Assembly (NCBI GenBank): GCA_963736875.1
Contig: CAVTQH010000002.1
Coordinates: 5,294-69,293, forward strand
Length of the DNA: 64,000 nucleotides
Reading direction: 5' to 3'
DNA from: Candidatus Amesbacteria bacterium
GTDB lineage: Bacteria > Patescibacteriota > Microgenomatia > CAZETR01 > Amesbacteraceae
In this document: one piece after another, positions 56,132-64,000 of the stretch
Numbering within the stretch: the stretch's first letter is position 1
Layout of the letters: each line of letters starts with the position of its first letter
Program-made: the position numbers and the translations under genes
Notes under the pieces: generated by a model
Seen by the model: the letters and a program-made list of their open reading frames with translations, nothing else
Database searches by the model: none
Told to the model about the DNA's origin: nothing

Positions 56132-56799
56132 ATCCCCAAATCCATACCCGGACTCAGGACCATCTCGACATCGACGACATTATTAACGATATTATTATTT
56201 TAAAAGACGGGTCAGCCGCTCTGGTTCTCCAAGTCAGTGCCGTCAATTTCGGCCTGCTTTCGGAAAAAGAGCAGGATGCCACCATCTATGCTTATGCCCA
56301 GCTTTTAAACTCCCTCACTTTCTCCATCCAGATTGTGATTATCAGCAAACGCAAGGATATTTCAGTCTACCTGGATAAACTTGATGCTTATCTGGCTCAA
56401 ATCACTACCCCCAAACTAAAGGACGAGCTCTCAAAATACCGCGATTTCGTCAAAGCCATCGTCAATCAGGGAAATGTCCTTGATAAAAAATTCTATATCG
56501 TTATTCCCTTCAGCTCCATGGAGTTGGGTTTGGGTTCTTCCCTCAAGTCTCTCGGTAACCCCAATGCAAAATCCACCGTTCCCAAAGAATATCTTGTCGA
56601 CCGAGCAGCCACCAACCTCGCTCCCAAACGGGATCATCTTTTCAGGCTTCTGGCGCGTATCGGTCTGAAAGGCCATCAGTTAACCTCGTCCGAGCTTCTT
56701 CAGTTGTTCTTCGATATCTATAATCCGAACTGGATCGGTACCCGGGTTACTCTTCCCCATTCATCTGAAATTTTACCTAAAGCCGAAGAAAAAATATGA
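56128..56799 (+). CDS. VirB4/TraC-like N-terminal domain protein (separate ORF)
   Basis: IIILKDGSAALVLQVSAVNFGLLSEKEQDATIYAYAQLLNSL resembles the VirB4 N-terminal domain; ATGA overlap with the following ATPase ORF. Confidence 0.45.
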   Translation: MNPQIHTRTQDHLDIDDIINDIIILKDGSAALVLQVSAVNFGLLSEKEQDATIYAYAQLLNSLTFSIQIVIISKRKDISVYLDKLDAYLAQITTPKLKDELSKYRDFVKAIVNQGNVLDKKFYIVIPFSSMELGLGSSLKSLGNPNAKSTVPKEYLVDRAATNLAPKRDHLFRLLARIGLKGHQLTSSELLQLFFDIYNPNWIGTRVTLPHSSEILPKAEEKI

Positions 56800-58649
56800 G
56801 TCTTCTTTCCCCCAAAAAATCCGCATCTCCCAAAACAGCGCCGGTTCAGCCTGAAAATAAAGAATCACCCCCCACTAAAGATTTAGCCCTGGCCAAAACC
56901 GTCAGGGACATCATTGCTCCCCAATCTCTGACTATTGATTTCAATACACTTAAAATTAACGAGTCATACTTTCGCAGTTTTTTTACCACCATCAACCGCC
57001 GCTTTGTTTCCAGTAACTGGCTTAGCTCCATCATTAACTTCGATCACTCCTTAAATATCTCCATGTTTATCTATCCGGTCGAAAGCAAATCCACTCTTGA
57101 TGACCTGCGCCGAAAAATAGCTGAAATGGAAGCCGAAATTAGTACCGATATGCAGCGCGGCCATGTGGTCGATCCGTCCACCCAGGCCAAGCTTGAAGAC
57201 GCCCTGTCTCTTCAGGATACATTAGTCAAAGGCATTGAACGTTTCTTCCAATTCTCGCTATATCTGACCATTCCCGCCGATTCTGCCTCGGAGCTGGAAA
57301 CTGTCAGTAAACAGGTATCAAGTAATCTTTCCTCTCTTCTGGTTTCCTCCATTCCCACTCTCCTGCAGCAGGCTGAGGGTTTCAAAAATACTCTCCCCAC
57401 CTGTATCGACCACCTCATGGTCACCCGCAACATGGATACTACTTCACTGGCAACCACTTTTCCTTTTACTTCATCCGAACTGACCAGCAATGAAGGTATT
57501 TTATACGGCATCAACCAGCACAACGGCAGCCTGGTTATTTTTGACCGGTTTACTCTTGAGAACGCCAACACTGTGGTTTTTGCCAAAGCGGGCGCCGGAA
57601 AATCTTATACCATCAAACTGGAAATTCTCCGTTCCCTGATGTTCGGAACTGAAATTATTGTCATCGATCCTGAAAATGAATATAAAACATTATGTGACGC
57701 CGTGGGTGGCGACTACATCAACTTTTCCTATAACTCCCAAAACCGGATCAATCCTTTTGATTTGTCTCTCCTTACTCAATACTCCGAAGAAAACGAGCTC
57801 AACCTTAAAATTCAGTCTCTTTTTTCCATGTTTAAGGTGATTATGGGTACCCTTTCTCCCACTGAAGAAGCTCTCCTTGACCGGGCAATAAATCAGGCTT
57901 ACAGAATGAAAGGTATTACCGCCGACCCTACTACTCAAAAACGCCCTCCTCCCCTCATGGAAGACCTGTACAAGTCCTTTATCGGTATGGAGGAGCCACT
58001 GGCCATCTCTCTGGCTGACCGCATTGAACGGTTCGTCAAAGGCAGCTTTACTGGCATCATAGACCAACCCAGTAATATTCAGATCAAAAACCAGTTTACG
58101 GTATTTTCAGTCCGTGATCTGGAAGACTCTTTAAAACCCATCGCCATTTTTCTTATTCTTGACTACATCTGGACCAAAATGCGCCGTGATCTCAAAAAGC
58201 GCATTCTGGTGGTTGATGAAGCCTGGTATCTCATGCGTTATCCGGATTCCGCTAATTTTCTTTACGGTGTGGCCAAAAGAGCCCGGAAATATTTCCTGGG
58301 ACTGACTACTATTACCCAGGATGTGGAAGACTTTTTAAATACCGATTTCGGCAAGGCTATTGTCACCAACTCTTCCATCCAGATTCTGATGAAGCAATCC
58401 CCTGCAGGAGTCGATAAAATCGCCCAGGTTTTCTATCTTTCCGAAGGAGAAAAACATCTTCTTTTAAGTGCCGGTGTGGGTGAAGGTCTCTTCTTTGCCG
58501 GCAATAACCACGTAGCCGTCCGCTTTGTTGCTTCACCGGATGAACATAAGTTGATTACCACCAAACCCTCGGAAATTCTTGCAAGGCAGCAAGCCCAAGC
58601 ATCCGCCAAAAATCCTCCCCGTCTAATTACCGAAACCGAAAAAGCATGA
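56796..58649 (+). CDS. VirB4/TrbE-like (DUF87) secretion ATPase, C-terminal ATPase domain
   Basis: Walker A VVFAKAGAGKSYT; VIDPENEY; Walker B RILVVDEAWYLM; GLTTITQDVEDF. Confidence 0.75.
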   Translation: MSLLSPKKSASPKTAPVQPENKESPPTKDLALAKTVRDIIAPQSLTIDFNTLKINESYFRSFFTTINRRFVSSNWLSSIINFDHSLNISMFIYPVESKSTLDDLRRKIAEMEAEISTDMQRGHVVDPSTQAKLEDALSLQDTLVKGIERFFQFSLYLTIPADSASELETVSKQVSSNLSSLLVSSIPTLLQQAEGFKNTLPTCIDHLMVTRNMDTTSLATTFPFTSSELTSNEGILYGINQHNGSLVIFDRFTLENANTVVFAKAGAGKSYTIKLEILRSLMFGTEIIVIDPENEYKTLCDAVGGDYINFSYNSQNRINPFDLSLLTQYSEENELNLKIQSLFSMFKVIMGTLSPTEEALLDRAINQAYRMKGITADPTTQKRPPPLMEDLYKSFIGMEEPLAISLADRIERFVKGSFTGIIDQPSNIQIKNQFTVFSVRDLEDSLKPIAIFLILDYIWTKMRRDLKKRILVVDEAWYLMRYPDSANFLYGVAKRARKYFLGLTTITQDVEDFLNTDFGKAIVTNSSIQILMKQSPAGVDKIAQVFYLSEGEKHLLLSAGVGEGLFFAGNNHVAVRFVASPDEHKLITTKPSEILARQQAQASAKNPPRLITETEKA

Positions 58650-58927
58650 TTTTTTCCTTTCCTGCCCACCTGGACCACTCTGTTGTCAGTGAGCTGGAAA
58701 ACTATATTATCAATATCTGCAACTCCTGCCCCACCCTGGAAAACATTACCGCCGGTTCTGCCCCCATATGGGATTGGGCCAGCCAAATTCTTAAAAAAAG
58801 CCCCGCCGAGCTTCATCATGAAATCGAAACCCATGAAGCAGGTGAGCATTTTTCCGATCCTTATCTTGAAGAAAAAGATGATTTATTAAAACTGCCGTTA
58901 ATTTTATTAGAAAAACTCAACACTTAG
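58646..58927 (+). CDS. small hypothetical protein (translationally coupled to the ATPase)
   Basis: 93 aa, ATGA overlap, contains a CNSC pair. Confidence 0.3.
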   Translation: MIFSFPAHLDHSVVSELENYIINICNSCPTLENITAGSAPIWDWASQILKKSPAELHHEIETHEAGEHFSDPYLEEKDDLLKLPLILLEKLNT

Positions 58928-58942
58928 TTTTATAGTTAAGTT

Positions 58943-61240
58943 ATGATCCCGACATCCGCCACTTCCACAACTGATCTTCTCCGAAATTACCAGCAGCCGG
59001 GACTGAAAGCCTTCAGCGCTATTCTTTCTCAAACATCACTCCCCCCCACCCAGGCAGCTAAATTATTAGAGCATTTGGATCAGAAAAACATTCTTTTTGT
59101 AGCCTATGCCATAGCTAAAAATTCTCTTGCCCCGGGTCAGGAAAAAGACCTGGATCGTGTAGCTCAAAACTTAATCCCTATCCTCCAGTCTGCTGTTGAT
59201 TTGTCCCAAAGAGAACTTAATCTCAGTCCTGAACAGGTGGTAAGTGTTCAGCAAAACTTGGGTGATCTTTCTCAAAAACCCGAAGAAACTAAAGAATTTT
59301 ATCAGCAGTTTGAAAAGGAATATCCAGAAGAGCAGACAAAGCGCCCGGAAAACTATGAATCTTCTCATGGAGGTTCAAACCCCTTATTGGATCACGTAAA
59401 AAATCAGGCAGATAAAGCTGTCAAAAAAAAGGTCAAGGAAATCTGGGAAAATTTTAAAAAATCTCCCACCGGTAAAACCGTTAAAACACCCCCAACCCCC
59501 GCACCTGCTCAGGGAGTTTCTACAACAGTGTTACCAACCACCGGAACTACGGTCACAATTTCAACCGGTGAAGACGCTGTTTTAGGCACCGCCGCTGCCG
59601 CGAAAGCTTTAACCGGGGTCCCACAAACAATTACCCGTATATCCCCGCTAAACATCAGCCTTCGTCCCACTCCCCCAATTCCAGTTTCAGGAGCTCCACC
59701 TCCTCCTGTAGGTGCAATTTCGGGAAAAATTGTTGGTTTTTCCGTAAACCCTCAAACCTCTTTATCAGGAATAATTCCTCGGGAATATATGTCCTTCGGA
59801 ATTCTCAAACAAATACCCGCAACTGAAGCAGTTAAAAACTTCGGACTGAACATGGCTTCGGAAGGAACTAAATTCTTTCAAATTACCGAAAAAGGGGCCA
59901 TGTTGGCTTCAAAAATACCCTCAATTGGGTCCTCTCTTGGTTCATATATTCCCGGCTCCGCCGGTATTACAACCCTAGTATCCACACCCACCAGCACCAT
60001 TGCTGTTTCTGGAATCAGTACTTCAGGAGGGGTTACTATTGGTACAGCAACCACAATAGGTACCACCGGACTGACCACTATTGGGACTACTGGACTCACC
60101 GCTGTAGGTACTACCACTGCCACAGCAGTAGGGACTACTGCTGTTACCACCACCGCCACAGCTGTAGGTACTACCGCTGTCACAACAGTGGGTACTGCCG
60201 CCGTTACCACAGCCGCCACAACCACAGCAGCTGCAACCACCGGTGTTGCTACAGGCGCAACTGTAGGAGCCGCCGCCGGTGGCCCGACTCCTGTAGCAAT
60301 TGTCACTGCAATAATCGGAGCCATTATTGGCTTGATCGCCGGTTTAATCCCAAGTATTTATAAAAAATTTAAGGATTATTTTGATGCTATAGTGGGTGCG
60401 ACTTTGGTTATAATCTTCGGTTCATTCGCTGGTTTGGGTTTTTTACCGGCACTGGCCCTTGGTGGTATGACAGGTGGTTTTATGGCTTTAACCAATACCT
60501 CAATTGTGGGTGCCATCTCCGGTCTTGGTAATTCTCTTGTTGATATTGCTAAGGGTGTCAGTGTCACCACGGCGGTTGCCTTTTTTTTAGCAGCAATTAT
60601 CCTTCCTGCTGTAGTCGCAATAATTATTTTCTTCATCAACACTGGGGGTTACGTCACCCCACAAGCTCCTGTTTCTTTCTTTGACCCTGGTGGAGGTTTT
60701 GCTGATCCCACAAGCTGCCCTATTTTGGGTGGTTATGTCACCTGGGGATCATATGACCCCACCAATGAAAATAGTGGTTCCGCCGGAGGACATGGTAGTA
60801 ATTCTTACTGGAGTGGATTAGCTGCTTGCTCATATGCTCTTCCCCAAAGCACTGGTTGTATGGGTCCAAACAGCAATCCCGCTAACATTTGTTATGGCGC
60901 TGGTAATCAATGTACTGAATATGGATACGCCGCGGATATTCACGCTGTCTCAGGCACCCCTGTCTATCTTCCACTCGTTGATGGTCAACCAGCAAACTGG
61001 AGTTGTCACCGTGCTTTTCAAAACCCTGGTGGAGCCGGTTTTACAATTTACTGCGATACAAGCGATGGCAATGTTCACCTGGTCCTTACCCACGTTAACG
61101 ACGCTTCTCCCCTGACCAACGTTCCGTCTGGAACTCAAGTGTCCACAATTGATTGGGATGCAAATCCCCATTTACATATGGAGGCTCAGGTGGGTGGTGT
61201 TTGGGTTAGACCTGAAAATTATTTTTGTGGTGGAACCTAA
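58943..61240 (+). CDS. membrane-associated M23 peptidase (cell-wall hydrolase candidate of the secretion locus)
   Basis: C-terminus YAADIHAVSGTPVYLP...NPHLHMEAQV = M23 HxxxD and HxH motifs. Central Thr-rich low-complexity tract (TTGLTTIGTTGLTAVGTTTATAVGTT...) followed by 2-3 TM helices; soluble N-terminal domain. Confidence 0.6.
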   Translation: MIPTSATSTTDLLRNYQQPGLKAFSAILSQTSLPPTQAAKLLEHLDQKNILFVAYAIAKNSLAPGQEKDLDRVAQNLIPILQSAVDLSQRELNLSPEQVVSVQQNLGDLSQKPEETKEFYQQFEKEYPEEQTKRPENYESSHGGSNPLLDHVKNQADKAVKKKVKEIWENFKKSPTGKTVKTPPTPAPAQGVSTTVLPTTGTTVTISTGEDAVLGTAAAAKALTGVPQTITRISPLNISLRPTPPIPVSGAPPPPVGAISGKIVGFSVNPQTSLSGIIPREYMSFGILKQIPATEAVKNFGLNMASEGTKFFQITEKGAMLASKIPSIGSSLGSYIPGSAGITTLVSTPTSTIAVSGISTSGGVTIGTATTIGTTGLTTIGTTGLTAVGTTTATAVGTTAVTTTATAVGTTAVTTVGTAAVTTAATTTAAATTGVATGATVGAAAGGPTPVAIVTAIIGAIIGLIAGLIPSIYKKFKDYFDAIVGATLVIIFGSFAGLGFLPALALGGMTGGFMALTNTSIVGAISGLGNSLVDIAKGVSVTTAVAFFLAAIILPAVVAIIIFFINTGGYVTPQAPVSFFDPGGGFADPTSCPILGGYVTWGSYDPTNENSGSAGGHGSNSYWSGLAACSYALPQSTGCMGPNSNPANICYGAGNQCTEYGYAADIHAVSGTPVYLPLVDGQPANWSCHRAFQNPGGAGFTIYCDTSDGNVHLVLTHVNDASPLTNVPSGTQVSTIDWDANPHLHMEAQVGGVWVRPENYFCGGT

Positions 61241-61257
61241 AGTGTAAAATATCAAGT

Positions 61258-61788
61258 ATGACTCAATTAAATATTCGTCTTCCTGAGAAGCTTCACAGAA
61301 ATTTCAGTCTTGTCATTGTGGGTTTGATAATTATTATAGCTACTTCTCTCCTTACTCTCCCCCAAAGAAACACACCACCCACATCATCGCCACCATCCTT
61401 ACCCAACAATGTCCCATCAGTTTCTGTCACCGAAATTTCTCCCTTTAAAATTATTGGCTATTCTCCACGGAATTTAAATCCTTCCATTGCCAACACCCAC
61501 TCTGCGGTTTACTTTGAATTTAATAAGCCTCTGACTGATATAGAAATTGCTAACCTACAGCTAATTACAAAACCGGCAGTAATTTTTAAAAAAATTGCCC
61601 ATACCAACAGAAAAATCATATATTTTACCCCAATTTCTTTCTGGAAGGATCAAACCCTCTACACTATAACCATCAGCTCACCATCTGACCCCGATCTTAA
61701 AACTTTCTTTTTCTCCCCTACCTCATATGTCTCACCGGAGGGTGGGGTAAGTGACCAAGTCCCTAATATGTGGCCTTCTAAACCCTGA
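61258..61788 (+). CDS. bitopic membrane protein (VirB8-like position; unassigned)
   Basis: Start re-chosen at MTQLNIRL (ATG 61258); one TM helix then ~140-aa extracytoplasmic domain. Confidence 0.3.
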   Translation: MTQLNIRLPEKLHRNFSLVIVGLIIIIATSLLTLPQRNTPPTSSPPSLPNNVPSVSVTEISPFKIIGYSPRNLNPSIANTHSAVYFEFNKPLTDIEIANLQLITKPAVIFKKIAHTNRKIIYFTPISFWKDQTLYTITISSPSDPDLKTFFFSPTSYVSPEGGVSDQVPNMWPSKP

Positions 61789-62899
61789 CCGGCATTATCA
61801 GGTGTACCAGACTTCCGTCTTTTTCCAGCTCAAAAACCCCGGGCGACAAACTATCATTCATTCGAAATTTTATCCGTTCTGCGGACACACTGCTCAGAAA
61901 ATCCTGTACATACCGGTAATTAAAAGCAATCTGTCCGTCATCTCCCTTTTTCTCTGTCTCCATATCTACCCGACTCTCCCCTGTTTGCGCGGAACTTGCT
62001 TCAACTTTTAGAACCTCTCCTTCAATTCCGAATCTGATTACATTGGAACTGTCCCTGGCAAATATTCCCACTGCCTTAACTGCCCGGGTCAGTTCCTCCC
62101 TGTCAATCACAATTTCGGTCTTCCCCCCGGTTGGAATTATTTTATCCACGTCCGGAAAATTACCCTCCAGCACCCGTGAAGTCAAATATATGCCGTCATA
62201 TCCGATTATTATCTGATTACTATCCTCCGCCATTCCCATTACCACTTCCTCTTTCTTACCCTCTGAAACTACTCTGGCAATTTCCATTATTGTTCTGGCC
62301 GGTAATATTAACCCCTTTTCCAGCCCTTTTAATTCGGTTTCAATGTCTAATGATTTTTGGCTTAGCCTGAAACCGTCCGTGGCCGTAACTTTAAGTTTCT
62401 TTCCGTCGGTTTCAAACATTACTCCGGTCAAAACCGGCCTGCTCTCATCACCCGCTGCCGCAAACGCCACTTGTGTCGCAATTTCTTCAATTGTCTTTTT
62501 ATTCAACCTAAACCCTTTCTTTCCCGTTTGGTCGCTGTCCGGTTTTGAGATTACCGGAAATTCGGCAGCGGAGATTCCCGTAAAGGTGGCTGTTAATTTT
62601 CCCCCTTCCACTTTCAGTTTTTCCCCATCAGTCTCCAGGCTTACGTTACCTGAAGGAAGCGACCCCACAAATTCACCTAAACTTCTTGCCGGAATTGTAA
62701 CCGCCCCGTTTTCCATAGCTTTTCCTCCAGCCACAGCTCTTATTCCTATTTCCAAATTGGTGGCAGACAGCACCACGCCTTCTTTTCCCGACTCGATTAA
62801 AACATTAGAAAGAATCGGCAGCTGGCTTCTGTTGGGAACAATTCTTCCCACTACGGTAAGCCACTTATTCAGGTCGCCTTGTAAAATTATAGCCTTCAT
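61778..62899 (-). CDS. dnaN: DNA polymerase III beta sliding clamp
   Basis: 373 aa; MKAIILQGDLNKWLTVVGRIVPNRSQLPILSNVLIE is a typical DnaN N-terminus; three-domain length; downstream of dnaA. Confidence 0.88.
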   Translation of the reverse strand: MKAIILQGDLNKWLTVVGRIVPNRSQLPILSNVLIESGKEGVVLSATNLEIGIRAVAGGKAMENGAVTIPARSLGEFVGSLPSGNVSLETDGEKLKVEGGKLTATFTGISAAEFPVISKPDSDQTGKKGFRLNKKTIEEIATQVAFAAAGDESRPVLTGVMFETDGKKLKVTATDGFRLSQKSLDIETELKGLEKGLILPARTIMEIARVVSEGKKEEVVMGMAEDSNQIIIGYDGIYLTSRVLEGNFPDVDKIIPTGGKTEIVIDREELTRAVKAVGIFARDSSNVIRFGIEGEVLKVEASSAQTGESRVDMETEKKGDDGQIAFNYRYVQDFLSSVSAERIKFRMNDSLSPGVFELEKDGSLVHLIMPVRV

Positions 62900-62936
62900 A
62901 TTCTAAATTTAAATAGTCGTCTTAGTAGTAATCTTT

Positions 62937-63112
62937 GTGGATAAGTTGATATTTTCTGTTTTTTAATCCCGGCTTTCGGGTTTAATTTTTGTTAACAGCG
63001 TAGCGGCCTGATTGTGTATAATTTTGTGGATATTTAATATCATCCACAAAAACTCGCTCTTCCTTCGCAAAGTTTATACACCCTACCGTAAATATATTCA
63101 AGTTATCCACTT
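62937..63112. promoter_or_regulatory. DnaA-box cluster in the dnaA-dnaN intergenic region (oriC candidate / dnaN regulatory region)
   Basis: tgtggataa (62937-62945, perfect TTATCCACA on minus), tgtggatat (63026-63034), tcatccaca (63041-63049), ttatccact (63104-63112); AT-rich flanks. Confidence 0.6.
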
Positions 63113-63124
63113 TTATCCCCGAAA

Positions 63125-64000
63125 TTAATCAGCTCCGGGAGAGAAAATGGTTTTTCTTACTTCCGAAAGTTCCGACTGAAATTTGTGGTTTTGTTCAATT
63201 TCCCCCCTGACCTTGTCCGCGGCATGCAGGACCGTGGTGTGATCCCTTCCCCCAATAAGTCTTCCCACCTCTTCCAGGGGTAGCCGCAAATCCTGCCTTA
63301 AAAGATACATCAGGATCTGCCGCGGCCAGGCTATAGCCTTCGTTCTTCTCTCCCCTTTTAATTGCTGTACTCCCACCCCGTAAAAACTTCCCACAGCGTT
63401 TATTACTTCTGCCGGTGTGATTACCTGCGACCTCCTGCTTTCATTCTCTTTGATTTTTAATATTTGTTCCAGTTCCTCCCTGGAAATTTTTTTACCTCTC
63501 AATTTTTCCTCGGTTTCCACCTTGCTTAAAAAGCCCTGAAGCTCTCTCACCCCTTCTACATTCTCAGCGATCAATTGAGCCAGTTCCATTGGTAAATCAA
63601 AATCCCGCTGCTTGGCTTTTATCAGAAGAATTGCGGTTCTCAGTTCAAAGTCGGCTGCTCCGATATCCACAATCAGTCCCGCGCCGAAACGGCTTCTCAG
63701 TCTCTCTTCCAGTTTGGAAATTTCTTCCGGCGGCTTGTCGCTGGTCATTACCACTTGTCCGCCTTCCCGCAGCAAGGTATTAAAAGTGTGGAAAAATTCC
63801 TCCTGGACGGACGGTTTGCCGGCAATAAACTGCACATCATCCAGCATTAGCAGTTTTAATTTCCGGTATTTGGATCTGACTTTATCCGTGGATTTGAATC
63901 TGATTGCTTCTACTAAATCATTGGTAAATTCTTCACCGGAACAAAATAAAACCTGTGTCGTTCCCGCCCTGATTACCTCATGCCCGATGGCCTGCATCAA
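63125..64000 (-). CDS. dnaA: chromosomal replication initiator DnaA (3' portion; N-terminus beyond window end)
   Basis: AAA+ sensor and domain IV sequences: LLMLDDVQFIAGKPSVQEEFFHTFNTL, GGQVVMTSDKPP, and C-terminal DNA-binding helix region RTKAIAWPRQILMYLLRQ...GGRDHTTVLHAADKV. Confidence 0.9.
   Translation of the reverse strand: MMQAIGHEVIRAGTTQVLFCSGEEFTNDLVEAIRFKSTDKVRSKYRKLKLLMLDDVQFIAGKPSVQEEFFHTFNTLLREGGQVVMTSDKPPEEISKLEERLRSRFGAGLIVDIGAADFELRTAILLIKAKQRDFDLPMELAQLIAENVEGVRELQGFLSKVETEEKLRGKKISREELEQILKIKENESRRSQVITPAEVINAVGSFYGVGVQQLKGERRTKAIAWPRQILMYLLRQDLRLPLEEVGRLIGGRDHTTVLHAADKVRGEIEQNHKFQSELSEVRKTIFSPGAD

Noticed and set aside
59878-60642. Minus-strand ORFs rich in Ala/Val/Thr inside the M23 peptidase gene
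   Set aside because: Antisense of the Thr-rich low-complexity tract; no independent support.

Overview
This 64-kb window appears to come from a small-genome bacterium, possibly Patescibacteria/CPR-like (inference from gene content only). Replication and housekeeping anchors: dnaA (partial) and dnaN on the minus strand at the 3' end, with a DnaA-box cluster between them; the dnaG-rpoD pair; a tmRNA gene next to smpB; comF; galE; NUDIX; SPFH; arsM. The window contains seven tRNA genes (1 intron-containing Asn, 4 Ser, 2 Arg). The tRNA-Asn(GUU) gene is interrupted by a ~201-nt group I intron. A free-standing double-motif LAGLIDADG endonuclease sits beside one tRNA-Ser. 

The 5' end is the tail of a giant Gly/Thr-rich repetitive surface protein gene containing a near-perfect 777-bp tandem duplication. 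The middle of the window carries a cell-envelope/glycosylation block: an O-antigen-ligase-like/TPR protein, a GT2 enzyme, several GT-C-like polytopic membrane proteins and tandem paralogs. 

The most striking region is 40.7-61.8 kb, a type IV secretion-like locus. It holds ten tandem VirB2/TrbC-like pilin paralogs, a PrgI/VirB3-like protein fused to a Pro-rich and Cna-B-like extension, a VirB4-like ATPase split into two translationally coupled ORFs, and a VirB6/TrbL-like polytopic protein. It also holds an M23 peptidase, a SpoIID/LytB-like coiled-coil protein, a very large Cys-rich secreted protein, and a 1000-aa soluble protein encoded on the opposite strand. No VirD4, VirB11 or relaxase is recognisable in the window. 

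Several genes appear interrupted by frameshifts: galE, the O-antigen-ligase-like gene, a bPH-domain gene, a membrane-protein paralog and the Cys-rich secreted protein. These are either assembly indel errors or real gene decay. 

Coordinates follow the supplied ORF track unless a start was re-chosen. All functional calls are from motif recognition by eye, with no database search.
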